From assembly GCF_009914755.1 (NCBI RefSeq), contig NC_060932.1: a stretch of DNA of 64,000 nucleotides; one strand, 5' to 3'. Of this stretch, positions 44,615-63,034 are shown piece by piece. A program made the position numbers and the translations under genes. Position 1 is the first letter of the stretch; each line of letters begins with the position of its first letter. The notes beneath the pieces were generated by a model. The model did not search any database. It was not told where the DNA came from and saw nothing but the letters and a program-made list of their open reading frames with translations. This stretch comes from the human T2T-CHM13v2.0 reference genome, Homo sapiens.

Positions 44615-45385
44615 CTTCATTCAACAGATATTTATTAAGTACTTGCTATGTACCAGGCATTGTTACAGATTCTGAGGATATAGCTGTGAACAAAACAAAT
44701 TCTCTGCCCTCATGGAGCTTACGTTCTAGTGAGAAGACAGACAATAAATACGAAATCACACAAGATCATTTTAGTGATAAGTAGCTGACAGAAATGAAAT
44801 AGGATAACAGGCTAAAGTGTAATAGAAGGAGAGGACATTTATTTATCTTGAGTGGTAAGAGAAGGCTTCCTGAGGAGGTTACCTTTCACCTACAAGGCAC
44901 TGCAGAAAAAGGGGTGGGCACTTTGTGGGAGGTGGAGGGTGGGAGGAGAGGAGACGGAAGTATCAAGCTATGCCTCTGACCTGCAATAAGGGATCTGAAT
45001 GTTATTCTAACGGCAATAAGTAAGCCATTGGAGTGTTTTTAAAAGTAAGACATCTGATTAATGCTTTAAACAGATCACTTTGGCACTTTGGAGAATGGAC
45101 AGCAGACAGCCTGGAAAGGAGCCCTGGAGTTAAGAGGCTTTTGCAGTATACCAGGCAAAGACATACTGGTGGTTTAGACTAGGTATGGCGGCAGTGGTGG
45201 GGAGGGTCTGGATTCCTGTTGTTTAGAGGCACAGCCTAGGACTTGTGGGTTAGGATGGGGCACAAAGAAAATTGCATCTCTAGATGAATCAAGGATGAAT
45301 TGAGGAGTCAAGGATGAATCCCAGGTTCTGGCCCAAGTGGCAGGAGGCACAGTGGTGCCACTTTCTGAGATGAGAAAGTTACAGA
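44615..45385. mobile_element. L2 fragment
   Basis: cattcaacagatatttattaagtacttgctatgtaccaggcattg...ctgccctcatggagcttac, typical of the L2 3' end. Confidence 0.7.
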
Positions 45386-45458
45386 AGCAGCAGGGTCGGG
45401 GAGGCATGAGGAACAGGCTTTTGAAAATTCCAGGAACAGGGTTTGAGGGACATGGATT

Positions 45459-45820
45459 GTCTTCAGCGGTTTTGTGCTGCTATAACAGAGTACCTGAGAC
45501 TGGATGATTTATAATAAGCAGAAATTTATTTTTTAAAGTTCTGGAGGCTGGAAAGTCCAAGGTTGAGGGGCCGGCATGTGACAACGGCCTTCTCGCTGTG
45601 TCATCCCAGGGCAAAGGGTGGAAGGGTAACAGTTCACTTAAGAGAAGGCTGAGCTTGTTTTTATAACAAACCCACTCTCCTGATAATGACACTAATCCAT
45701 TCATGAGAGTAGAGTCCTCTGGACCCCATCACCTCTTAAGGGTTCCACCTCTCAACACTGCTGCACTGGGGATTATATTTCCAACACATGAACTTTGGGG
45801 GACACTTGCAAACCACAACA
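45459..45820 (-). mobile_element. MaLR solo LTR (MST/MLT1A class)
   Basis: gtgctgctataacagagtacctgagactgg...ttccaacacatgaactttgggggacac. Confidence 0.8.
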
Positions 45821-47783
45821 TGGACCTCCTGCAGGAATGACCCCTCGCCAAAGTCCTTCTTCCTGCTAATGGCTCTCTTAACTCTGGAGTTCAGTACATG
45901 CATTTCGAGGACCCACTTCAAACTTCCATATGTGGCTGAGTTCAGTAGGAGGCTCAATATGACATGTGAGTTTTTTCTTCAGACTTTTAATGGCAAGACA
46001 GTCATGTTTCAGCTTCTTATTTTAGTTGAGGATGAGGGTGGAGAAACCAAGGGAGTAACTGGGGCAGTCAACTACCATTTATTCAGTGCTTGCGAATGTG
46101 AAAGACAGGCAAGTAGGTTATCTATTATCTCTTTTAATTCTCACAGAAAACTTGCAAAATAAATAATCTATATCTACATCTTACAGATAGAGAAATTTAG
46201 GCTTTGAGCAGGGAAATGGCCTGCAGAACATCCCAGAGGCAAAAGTAGCAGCAGAAGTAATTTGCTGAGAGCCTGCTATATAAGCTAAGTGTCTTCCATA
46301 TGTTATCTATTTTAATCTTCGCAACAACCCTATCATAGCCATAATTTCCATTTTATAGATGAGAAAATGGAGAAGTTAAGTGCACTGTCCAGTCCACACA
46401 GTAAATGGACTCAGGGTTTGAACACCATTGTCTGACTTGAACACAGCTGGCCTTGGAACTCACTTCCGAATGATGTCAAAGCCCTGCTTTTTGCACTCTT
46501 CCATCCTGCCATATCGTTGATGTAAATAATGTGTGCCCTAAAATAAAGCCCTATAAAGCAAATACTCTCTCTCTTAGTGGTCTCTGCATTTCAATTTGTT
46601 TATTTCTTAACCATTTCCAAGTTCTATTTTGTAGCATGTTTTATAAAGCATATAATGTGCTTGGACAGTATAATATGATAATATTTCTAGCTAAATAAAA
46701 TTATTGGGCTATATGTACATAGTTTGTTGGTTAGGTGTGACCTCAGAAGAGTCTAAAGAATTTTAAATTAGATGGCCAAATAGGAACAGCTCCAGTCTAC
46801 AGCTCCCAGCATGAGTGATGCAGAAGATGGGTGATTTCTGCATTTCCAACTGAGGTACCGGGTTCAACTCACTGGGAAGTGTCAGATAGTGGGTGCACGA
46901 CAGTGGGTGCAGCACACCGAGTGTGAGCCGAAGCAGGATGAGGCATCGCCTCACCCGGGAAGCGCAAGGGCTCAGGGAATTCCCTTTCCTAGTCAAAGAA
47001 AGGGGTGACAGACAGCACCTGGAAAATTGGGTCTCTCCCACCCTAATACTGTGCTTTTCCAACAGTCTTAGCAAACGGCACACCAGGAGATTATATCCTG
47101 CACCTGGCTCGGAGGGTCCTACGCCCATGGAGCCTCACTCATTGCTACCACAGCAGTCTGAGATCAAACTGCAAGGTGGCAGTGAGGCTGGGGAGGGGCA
47201 CCCGCCATTGCCGAGGCTTGAGTAGGTAAACAAAGCAGCCAGGAAGCTCGAACAGGGTGGAGCCCACCACAGCTCAAGGAGGCCTGCCTGCCTCTGTAGA
47301 CTCCACCTCTGGGGGCAGGGCATAGCCAAACAAAAGGCAGCAGAAAACTTTGCAGACTTAAATGTCCCTGTCTGACAGCTTTGAAGAGAGCAGTGATTCT
47401 CCCAGCACGCAGCTGGAGATCTGAGGACGGACAGACTGCCTCCTCAAGTGGGTCCATGACCCCCGAGTAGCCTAACTGGGAGGCATCCCCCAGTAGGGGC
47501 AGACTGACACCTCACACGGCCGGGTACTTCTCTGAGACAAAACTTCCAGAGGAACGATCAGGCAGCAACATTTGCTGTTCACCAATAACCACTGTTCTGC
47601 AGCCTCCGCTGCTGATACCCAGGCAAACAGGGTCTGGAGTGGACCGCCAGCAAACTCCAACAGACCTGCAGCTGAGGGTCCTGACTGTTAGAAGGAAAAC
47701 TAACAAACAGAAAGGACATCCACACCAAAACCCCATCTGTATATCACCATCATCAAAGACCAAAGGTAGATAAAACCACAAAG

Positions 47784-48803
47784 ATGGGGAAAAAACAGCA
47801 GAAAAACTGGAAACTCTAAAAATCAGAGCGCCTCTCCTCCTCCAAAGGAACGCAGCGCAGCTACTCACCAGCAACGGAACAAAGCTGGATGGAAAATGAC
47901 TTTGACAAGTTGAGAGAAGAAGGCTTCAGACGATCAAACTACTCCGAGCTAAAGGAGGAAGTTCGAACCCATGGCAAAGAAGTTAAAAACATTGAAAAAA
48001 ATTTAGACGAATTGCTAACCAGAATAACCAATGCAGAGAAGTCCTTAAAGGACCTGTTGGAACTGAAAACCAAGGCGCAAGAACTACGTGACGAATGCAC
48101 AAGCCTCAGTAGCTGATTCGATCAAGTGGAAGAAAGGGTATCAGTGATGGAAGATCAAATGAATGAAAGGAAGTGAGAAGAGAAGTTTAGACAAAAAAGA
48201 ATAAAAAGAAATGAACAAAGCCTCCAAGAAATATGGGACTATGTGAAAAGACCAAATCTATGTCTGACTGGTGTACCCGAAAGTGACAGGGAGAATGGAA
48301 CCAAGTTGGAAAACACTCTGCAGGATATTATCCAGGAGAACTTCCCCAATCTAGCAAGGCAGGCCAATATTCAAATTCAGGAAATACAGAGAATGCCACA
48401 AAGATACTCCTTGAGAAGAGCAACTCCAAGACACATAATTGTCAGATTCACCAAAGCTGAAATGAAGGAAAAAATATTAAGGGCAGCCAGAGAGAAAGGT
48501 TGGGTTACCCACAAAGGGAAGCCCATCGGACTAACAGCTGATCTCTCAGCAGAAACTATACAAGCCAGAAGAGAGTGGGGGCCAATATTCAACATTCTTA
48601 AAGAAAAGAATTTTCAACCCAGAAGTTCATATTCAGCCAAACTAAGCTTCATAAGTGAAGGAGAAATAAAATACTTTACAGACAAGCAAATGCTGAGAGA
48701 TTTTGTCACCACCAGGCCTGCCCTAAAAGAGCTCCTGAAGGAAGTGCTAAACATGGAAAGGAACAACTGGTACCAGCCACTGCAAAAACATGCCAAATTG
48801 TAA
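47784..48803 (+). pseudogene. L1 ORF1 (disrupted)
   Basis: ATGGGGAAAAAACAG start; fragments MENDFDKLREEGFRRSNYSELKEE and ...NWYQPLQKHAKL*; small indels and in-frame stops (e.g. 48114-48116). Confidence 0.9.
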
Positions 48804-48839
48804 AGACCATCGAGGCTAGGAAGAAACTGCATCAAGTAA

Positions 48840-52714
<3,875 letters not shown>

Positions 52715-53534
52715 ACAATGAGAATACATGGACACAGGAAGGGGAACATCACACACCAGGGCCTGTTGTGGGGGGCGGGGGAGGGATAGCATTAGGAGAC
52801 ATATCTAATGTTAAATGAAGAGTTAATGGGTGCAGCACACCAACATGGCACATGTATACATATGTAACAAACCTGCACGTTGGGCACATGTACCCTAAAA
52901 CTTTAATTTAAAAAAAAGAACAAAAACAAAACGTATTTGGAAAGTTCCCAGTATAAAAAAAAAAAGAATTTTAAATTATAGTCTGTAAAAATTGTGACTA
53001 ATCTCTCCCATGTGTTGAGTATATCTGTGTTACAGGAATCAATCCTAAATAGGGAGGAGCCGCTTTCTCTGACCCATTATACAGTGCTTAGACACAGTAA
53101 AGGCAGCAATGATGGTAGGAAATCTGCATTGTCAGCTACATGCCAGGCACTGTGTGAACGACACAACTCTAAGAGGTAGAACTAGAGTAGAGGATATTAC
53201 TTTAGAAGGATCACATGGCGTTCACAAATGCCAGAGCCAGGATTTGCAAGTAAGCCTCACACTAAAGATGCTGTGCCCTTCTGTAAGTATGCAGGAGAAA
53301 TTTCTTTTCTTGTAAGTTTTTCTCTTAAGAGGGAGGAAAAAAAGGCCTCTGGCTTGGTTTTAACCTCATATAATTCTGAATCTTCCCTCAAGGCATTAAA
53401 AAAGAAACCTCAAACCAGCTAAGCATTTGACAAATAAGCACTGCTATTTCAGCTTTGGAGACCCTCCCCAACAGCCTGAAGCCTCCTAGAACTTGGATAG
53501 CAGGTTGACTAGCTTATACTTGCTTTCCTAGGGG

Positions 53535-53966
53535 CTGTTATAGATCGAATGTTTGTGTCCCTCAAATTCATATGATAAAGCTCTAATCCCCAGTGTGGTT
53601 GTATTTGGACATAGGGCCTTTAAGGAGGTCATAAGGGTGGGGCCCTGACCCAACAGGATTAGTGTCCTTTAAGAAGGGATAGCAGAGGCTGGTGCATTCC
53701 TCCATGCTTGCTCTCCCTGGCTTGCCAGTGCCCTGGCATGTGCTTGTGCTCTCTCTCTCGATTTCTCTCTCTCTCTCTTTCTCTCTCGACTGTGCATGCA
53801 CAGTGAGAAGGCAGCCATCTACAAGCAGGAAGGGGTCTTCACCAGAACTGAATTGGCCGACACGTTGATTTGGACTTCTAGCCTCTAGAACTGTGAGAAA
53901 ATAAATTTCTGTTGTTTAAGCTGCCAAGTCTGTGGTATTTTATGGCAGTCTTGAGCTGATTAATAA
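53535..53966 (+). mobile_element. MLT1-type MaLR solo LTR
   Basis: tgttatagatcgaatgtttgtgtccctcaaattcatatg...aactgtgagaaaataaatttctgttgtttaagc...tatggcag. Confidence 0.82.
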
Positions 53967-54988
53967 AGGGGCCAACGGCTCTTAGTTTTCTGTCATGAAA
54001 AGAGAGAGAAAGAAATGGAGATAATTAGGAGAGAAGGCAGGTCATTAGGGAAAAACATGTCAAAGAAAGTTGTAATTAAGGATGTTCTCTTTCCTACCCC
54101 TCTCCCCACAGCCTTAGGCTACAAAAGACTGAACTTCCAGTTACATTTGTTAAATATGCAGTTCAGCCTTCTCAGCTACACACCTCCGGGAAGAGGTCTT
54201 ACCCAGGGAACTTATTAAAGTCCAATGTTCAGGAAATCTAGCATAGGCAAATGAATAAATAAAATCCTGCAACCCTTGGGATTTTTCAGAAAGGGGTTTT
54301 TCTCACTTTCTAGGAAGTGTACAAAAGTATCCCTCTTCAATACCACGTCTCAAAGATGTGGGAGAAAAGTGAACTCTAAACAGGGTTGACAACCTCAGGG
54401 TATTTATTTTAGAGTACAAGGATAAAGGTATTTTTTTTTTGAAAAGCATTTTATCACATGAATATTTCTCTGTTCTTCAGTTTGGACACAATTGAAGCCA
54501 TCACTAATACAAATTCATTATAACTTACAACTTTTAGAGCTTTGGTCTGAAAACCCTATTACACCAATTTAGAGGGTAAGAATTCACGTTTTTAAATTCT
54601 ACGTGGCTTGCCTGGCACTCCTGGAGCATTCAGGGACAGCTGCTGGCATGCTGTCCGTGGGTGTACAACAGTCCTGCATCTGTGTGGGTGGGCTGTTATG
54701 AGAGCTAGCCCACCAGGAGAAGGAGGAGGAGGAGGACAGCAGCACCTGCTTGTTTTTTTTAGAGCATGGCCAGAGAGTTTAGCAACAAAAAGAACATTCT
54801 TAGTTGTAGCCTTCTTGTCTTTCTAGGGTAAAACAAAAACCTTTGAAAATTCCACCCCACCCTTACTTTATCTTTAAATAGGAATGGCAAGCTTGACTGC
54901 TAAAATCAGTCTAAAGTCTTTGCTGAAACAGGTTACACAATCAGCACAATTGGGAATTCTCTGGTGAAAGAATAAATTAGAAGCTCTC

Positions 54989-55288
54989 AGCTGGGCGCAG
55001 TGGCTCAAGCCTGTAATCCCAGCACTTTGGGAGGCTGAGGTGGGCAGATTGCTTGAGCTCAGGAGTTCAAGACCAGCCTGGGCAACATGGGAAACCCCCG
55101 TATCTACTAAAAATACAAAAATTAGCCAGGTGTGATGGTGTGCTTCTGTAGTCCCAGCTACTCAGGAGGCTGAAGTGGGGAAGATGAGCCCAGGGAGGTT
55201 GAGGCTGCAGTGAGCCGTGATGGCACCACTGCACTCTAAGCCTGGGTCATGGACTGAGACCCTGTTTCAAGAAAAAAAAAAAAAAAAA
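54989..55288 (+). mobile_element. Alu (AluJ-like)
   Basis: Dimeric Alu with A-tail. Confidence 0.88.
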
Positions 55289-55330
55289 GCTCACATAGGA
55301 TTTTAGTGGAATACCTACTTAACCCAGCTA

Positions 55331-55405
55331 TGGTATGTTTTATATATCATATATACGGAATGTTTTATATATCGTATATATGGTATGTTTTATATATCAT
55401 ATATA
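55331..55405. repeat. 25-bp AT-rich tandem repeat, 3 copies
   Basis: tggtatgttttatatatcatatata / cggaatgttttatatatcgtatata / tggtatgttttatatatcatatata. Confidence 0.9.
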
Positions 55406-57162
55406 TACTTTCTGTCAAAGCTTTTGTCTAGAATGTCCCAGGTAATCAACACAGAGTGAAATGAGGGATTCTGTAAAAAATCAAGGGCACTGAGATGAGG
55501 GTAGAAATACACAGTGTCCATAGCAGAGTTTTAACATTCTATTGTTGAAAAACGAGTGATATAAGGTATCCTGGCTGGTATCCTAGTGTGTAAGACACAT
55601 AAGAACCATGGAGGACATGGAGCTAGTAAAGAGCCCCTCAGAGTGATTTCCCTATACTTCAGAAGATAATTTAGTTAGAAAAGCAAAGGGGAAAAACATT
55701 CCAGTTTGCTTGGCCACAGAGGTAGTCTGAAAGAGGTTTGAACTGGGCTGTTCCATCTACATGCTATAGTACCAGATGAGCAACATGGTGTATGCTTCCC
55801 ATACATCATTGAAAATTCTTCCCAAGTCAAAGGCAGGAATTAATAGGATGCAGAAAAGATGGTCTCAATAATTCTGTAACTGTGGCTGCCATTTTAGGTT
55901 AATACAGAGTGGCTGTCTCAAAAATGTATCAAGAGCCACTCTGGGTCTTTTTATGTCTACCAAAAAAAAAAAAAAGTCCCCAAACAGATTGTTAACCCCT
56001 GACACCTACATCAGTGGATCAGTGTTCTTGCCAGAAGCAAAACTAATACCAACACGTCTAAGCTGCCCTCTTCTAACGTCTACTAACAAGGTCACTCTTG
56101 CAGAGCTACCAGAAGTTACCACTATTCAATGAAAATACAACTTTAAAAATGACTTCAGACCCATGGTGTTGTTTACAAATCACATTCCCAGAGTCTTTTC
56201 TGGAAGCCACCATTTCCCAAATTGCCTCTAGCAGTATGCTTTTTATTCTTGGCTATTCCTCTATGGAATTTAATAAATATTCATCAACAGAGCACAGCAC
56301 AATTCATTCAGCCACTTTCATTTTTATCAGTTCCACAGAAGGCGTTAGACTTTGCTGGAAACCTCCGGGAGATGCCAGTGGTTGACAATAAGAAGCTTTT
56401 GTGAGGTCCTTGGGGAGACGGGTGGAGAAGAGAAAATAAGGTTAATATCTGTTATCATAAGCCACTTCCTGAACCTTATCAGGAGTTATACACCACTGTG
56501 AGCATCAACAGTGTGCATGCATGTGGCTGTTCTGTGATAAACTATAAAAGATCCAATATATTTTTTAAATGAATGGTTAGGAATCAAGTTAATTCACAGT
56601 GATTTATCAGACAGGAATCATTTAATATGTCAAATCAATTCTTATGTACTACTTAAGTCTGATTGCATATTTTAGCACTCATTTAGTTTCAGATTATCCA
56701 TCAGCATGGATTATTCAGACTCTGAAAGAAAAAATGATTTTGATGTATTTTTTGAGCCTTCAAAATGACATACGTACAGAACACTTCCTAAGTAATAAAT
56801 TTTATAGTTACTTATAATGATAAACACCATTTTTTCCATATAAGATCTGAGTTCAGCTATTAATTTTACAGTCTTTTGGAAACATACAAATACACTACCA
56901 ACACACAAAAAATCTTGATATATTTCCAACAAGTTGTTTATGAACAGTTGAAACTCTCTTATAGTTTTCTGAAATGCCAGTCAAAACACCTTTTCGAAAA
57001 GAAGTGATATCTGCTGATGAGTTTACAAATATCATTTAAGAAATATAGTACTTCTGGCATTCTGATGTTTGTATTTTTCTTGCATGCCTCTACTATTTGT
57101 TCGCTAAATTTAGTCTACATTGGCTTTGACCAGATTTTTGGCTTTTTCGTTTTTCTACTTAC

Positions 57163-57267
57163 TGGGATGCCTGTGAAAGTGACCGGAGGAGATTGCCAGG
57201 AAATGCTGAAGCTGCTGCCATTGGGGGTGAACTTGGCCGATCCTGGAATGGTCACAGGGGGTGTGGC
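57163..57267 (-). CDS. ZNF704: ZNF704 internal coding exon (105 nt, phase 0/0)
   Basis: ttttatttgacAG|GCC...CCA|GTAAGT; translates [35 protein letters not shown], in frame with both neighbouring exons. Confidence 0.93.
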
Positions 57268-57768
57268 CTGTCAAATAAAAAACAGAGAAAGCTGTTATGA
57301 AGGAATATTTTCCTTCGGAGCTTTAAGCTCTTATTACCAAAGGAGGACCTCAGAAATGGTCTCAGCTATATTAATAACTTGGACTAATTATCTAATAGGA
57401 AGAGATTAAACAAGGTTAAAGGGAGTAGCCAGAAATAAACTTTGTATATATACCTAAGCAAGCTATCTAAGGTATAAAAAGAGATGGTTTTTGACTGTTG
57501 ATTTCTGAAAAGAAATTTTATTATATGTACATATACCTATTTTAGGATACCTGTGAGGTAGAATTCTTCACTATAAAATTGGGGAATACACCCTGCTATA
57601 CTGTGAGGGTGGGTGTGAACTAGTACAATGTTCTTGGAAGGTAATTTGACAATACATATAAAAATTCTTAGCATTCTCTGTGTTAGCTATTCCACTCTAG
57701 GCATTCATTCTAAAGAAATGTACGCAAGAATGTTCCTTGCACAACTATATATTATAAAAAACAATTGG

Positions 57769-58065
57769 GGCTGGGCGTGGTGGCTCATGCCTGTAATCCC
57801 AGCACTTAAGAGTCAGAAGCAGGAGGATCGCTTGAGCCCAGAGTTTGAGACCAGCGAGGGCAACACAGTGAGACTTCGTCTCTACTAAAATTAAAAAAAA
57901 TTAGCCAGGGGTGGTGGAGTGTATCTGTAGTTCTAGCTACTTTGGAGATGGAGGCAGGAAGATTATGTGAGCCCAGGAGTTCGAGGTTGCAGTGAACTAT
58001 GATCATGCCACTGCACTCCAGCCTGACAACAGAGTGAAATCTTGTCTCAAAAAAAAAAAAAAAAA
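57769..58065 (+). mobile_element. AluJ
   Basis: Dimeric Alu with A-tail. Confidence 0.88.
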
Positions 58066-58134
58066 CCTGGAAATAACACAAATGCCCAGTAATAGGGAAA
58101 AAGGTAAATAAATCATGATATACCTACAGAGTAA

Positions 58135-59670
58135 TTCAAAATGTTGTTAAAATGGCATAAAAACAGACACATATACCAATGGAGCAAAACAGGGAACCAA
58201 GAAATAAGTCCACATATTTACAACCAACTGATTTTTGACCAAGGCGATGAGAACATACACTGGGGAAAGGACATCCTCTTCAATAAATGCTGCTGGGAAA
58301 ACTGGATATCCACGTGCAGAAACATGAAACTAGACCCCTAGCTCTTGTCATTTACAAACATCCACTCAAAATGGATTAAAAACTTAAATGTAAGATCCTA
58401 AACTATAAAACTACTGGAAGAAAACACAAGAAAAACACTCTAGGACATGGGCCCAGGCAAATATTTTTATGGCTAAGACTTCAAAAGCACAAGAAACAAA
58501 CAAACAAACAAAATAGACAAATGTGACTATATTAAACTAAAAAGCTTCTGCACGGCACAAGAAACAATCAACAGCGTGAAGAGCAACCTGTTGAATGTGA
58601 GAAAATATCCACAAACTATTCATCTGACAAGAGACTACTATCCAGAATATACAATGAATTCAAACAACTCAATAGCAAAAACCAAATAATTCCATTAAAA
58701 AGTGGGCAAAGGACCTGAATAAAAATTTTTCAAAAGCACACATACAAATGACCAATAGGTACATGAAAAAATGCTCAACGTCACTAATATCAGAAAAATG
58801 TGTATCAAAACCACAATGAAGTATCGTCTCACCCTAGTTAGATTGGCTATTATTAAAAAGACAAAAAATAACAGATGCTGGTGAGGAAGCAGAGAAAAGG
58901 GATCTTTTATATACTGTTGGTAAGAATGTAAATTAATACACCTATTATGGAAAACAGTATGGAGATTTCTCAAAATCTAAAAACAGAACTACCATATAAT
59001 CCAGCAATCTCACTACTGGGTATTTATCTAAAGGAAAGGAAATCAGCCTATCAAAGGGACACCTGCACTCTCATGTTTATTGCAGCACTATTCACAATAG
59101 CAAAGATAATATGGAATCAACCTAAGTGTCCATCAACAGATGAAGTGTCAAAATGTGGTAAGAACACAATGGAGTACTATTCAGCCATTAAAAAGAATGA
59201 TATCCTGTCATTTTCAGCCATATGAATGGAACTAGAGGTCACTATGTAAGTGAAATAAGCTAGGCACTTGAAGATAAACATCACATGTTCTCACTCATAT
59301 GTGGGAAATACAATAATTGATGTCATGGAGGTAGAGAATAAAATGATAGTTACAGGAGATGGGGAAGGGTGTGATGGGACAAGGTAGGGAGAGATGTTGG
59401 TTAGTAGGTACAAACATACAGTTAGATAGAAAGAATGAGTACTAATGTTTGATAGCAGAGTAGGATGGCTATAGCTAACAACAATGTATTTTATATTTCA
59501 AAATACCTAGAAGAGAGGACTGGAAATGTTCCCAACACACAGAAATGATAAATACACAAGGCGATTAATATTCAAAATACCCTGACTTGACTGTTACACA
59601 TCCTATGCATATAACAAAATGTTCTGTGTACCCCACAAATACGTATAAATATTAGGCATCAATTTTTAAA
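58135..59670 (+). mobile_element. Old L1 (L1MA class) ORF2 3' part and 3' UTR
   Basis: Degenerate ORF2 peptides [10 protein letters not shown]...LIFD...[17 protein letters not shown] and ELPYNPAISLLGIY, followed by an L1MA-type 3' UTR. Confidence 0.85.
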
Positions 59671-60620
59671 ATACTGTTGTTGAAGAAGATTCATTGGCAT
59701 GGGAAAATGTTCATGATATATTAAATAGAAAAAATAAAATACAGTAAAAACAGTTCTGCAACAGATCCCTTTTAAAAACTGCAAATGTATAAACACAGAA
59801 CAAAGTCTTGAAGTACATACAAAAAATATTAACTAAGGTTTGGAATTAGGGATGAATTTTCTTTCTTTACTGTGTTTAATATTTTCTATGCTGAACATTT
59901 ATAATTTCTATAAACAGAAAAGTCTCAATATTTCTAAGTTTATGCTTTGGGAAGGACCTTGTAGATCAACTAGTGTGTGTTCCAACTCTCTCATTATATA
60001 GATGAGCAAAATGATTTAACTAAGTTAGTACCCAGGATTTCTGACCTAAGTGAAACAGTGATAAATGAAGATGAATGAATTATTCGTTTTGACCAACATA
60101 ATAAGAGTCAGGAATGAAATTTATTACACTAACTAATTCAAATATTAGCTCTATTCAATTACTCTTGAGTTTAAGTCTGCTAAATAAGTGGCTAAATTTT
60201 TCCTCTATAGGTGTAATTTTCTAATTACAAATATATTTGCTAGTGGCAGTGGCTTTGTACTTGGTACCACTGGAAAGCATTCTGGCAATACATAGTAAGA
60301 GCCATAAACTGTTCCCTCATATTACATCCTCGGACTCAATAATTATTCTTCTGAGAATTTAAACAAAAAACAAAACACAGCAGGCACAGAGATGTTTACA
60401 GTGGAGTTATTAATGACGAAAAAACAGGATAGATTAAAAAGTAAATACCTAACAATAAGAATGATTAAAACAATTTGGTGTTTCAATTTAATTGGATATT
60501 ATTTAGTTACATGAAAAGTTTTTATAAAACAAGGGTGGGAGAACATAATTACAAGTATGTAAAGGAGATTTTAAAAAGTTGAATAAGGTAGTTGAGAATT
60601 ATGTGAAAAATATTTTCTTA

Positions 60621-60961
<341 letters not shown>

Positions 60962-61271
60962 GTAACTTCTGGCAGGAAAAAAGGGAGTTTTACCCATGTC
61001 CTAAATTTGCAGGATTTGTCCCTAAGGTCTTCTCAGACTTTAGCATGACTCAGGATTCCCTGGAGGGCCTGTTAAAACAGAATGCAGGGTTGGTGGGGGG
61101 CACAGAGGAGGGTGTGGAAGAGGGGTGGTCCCAAGAATTTTCATTTCTAACAAGTTCCCAGGTGATGCTGGCACTGTTGATTTGGGGAACATTGAGAACG
61201 ACTACTCTAATCTGAAATGCTTAATTATCCATTTAGAAGGCAGGGCATGAAGTCCCGGATTTGGAGTGTGA

Positions 61272-61608
<337 letters not shown>

Positions 61609-61639
61609 TTATTTTTTTTTTAAACAGATACTTATGTAA

Positions 61640-62148
<509 letters not shown>

Positions 62149-62392
62149 GGATTTTTATCATCATAACAATCTCTACGGGATCGAATCCACAGGCAGCATT
62201 GGGCAATCTGAGACTAGACCATAGGACCCTATCTGTGTGAGATCTTAGGCTTTAAAGGGAGAAAAATCAAAGCTACCGGGCTGCCGTGTGTGATGCTGTT
62301 TTTCCACTGAGTTGTCTTTTACTCATAGGCCAGATGGCCCCTGGTTTTGGTCAAGGTCAAAGTGATTGCTCTCACAGTCCCCTGCAAGTCAC

Positions 62393-62660
62393 CTGGTAAG
62401 CATGGTCAGTGTGCACGAGGTAGAGGGTGGTGGGAGCTGAGCGGCTCAACGGCGTCATCAACTTAGTCTCCGTTTTGGCACAAGGAGTTTCTGTTCGGCT
62501 TGAATCTGGGATGGGGAAAGTAGGAGGTGAAGCCAGGGACTGGGAAGGTGAGACCGGGGCCAGGCTGCTCAGCCCGTCTGCCACTGAGTCTGTGTTGAGC
62601 TTGATCTCAGTGTAGTAAAAGTCCTCTTCTCCATCACTGTAGTCAGAGTCTCCAACGCGC
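62393..62660 (-). CDS. ZNF704: ZNF704 internal coding exon (acidic CR2-type motif, Ser/Pro-rich region)
   Basis: Minus strand: pyrimidine tract ...cttttgcattAG, 268 nt, then CAG|GTGACT. After 1 nt it translates [40 protein letters not shown]...LVHTDHAYQ, typical of the ZNF704/ZNF395/SLC2A4RG family. Confidence 0.96.
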
Positions 62661-63034
62661 CTAATGCAAAAGAGAGTAAAACAATCATACTAAGCCAATC
62701 TGTTTTCTTGCCTTGAAATCTTGCACATGCATTTCCCCTCTGTCTGGAATGCTTTTCCTCCCTCTTGTTTGCCTTGCAAACTCTTCCTTATCCTGCAGCA
62801 CTCAGTTCAACTGTCCACTTCCAGGGAACCCTTCCTTGATGTCTTAAAGCAATTCATTAATTCATTCACTCATTCAATCAATTATTCAACAACGATTTAT
62901 TGAGAATCTAATATGTTCAGGCACTGTTCCAGGGTCTCCTGATAACACAGTGAATAAAATATAGACTCCGCCCTGATGGAACTTATAGTGGGAACTTACA
63001 GGCAGACAAGAAACCCCTAAAGAAACAGATATTA

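Noticed and set aside
46990-47208. Intact L1 ORF0
   Set aside because: A frameshift after MAGAPP and a stop at 47135-47137 break ORF0; only the downstream ATG and donor remain of interest.
55331-55405. CRISPR-like direct repeats
   Set aside because: Head-to-tail 25-mers with no spacers in a mammalian intron; an ordinary minisatellite.
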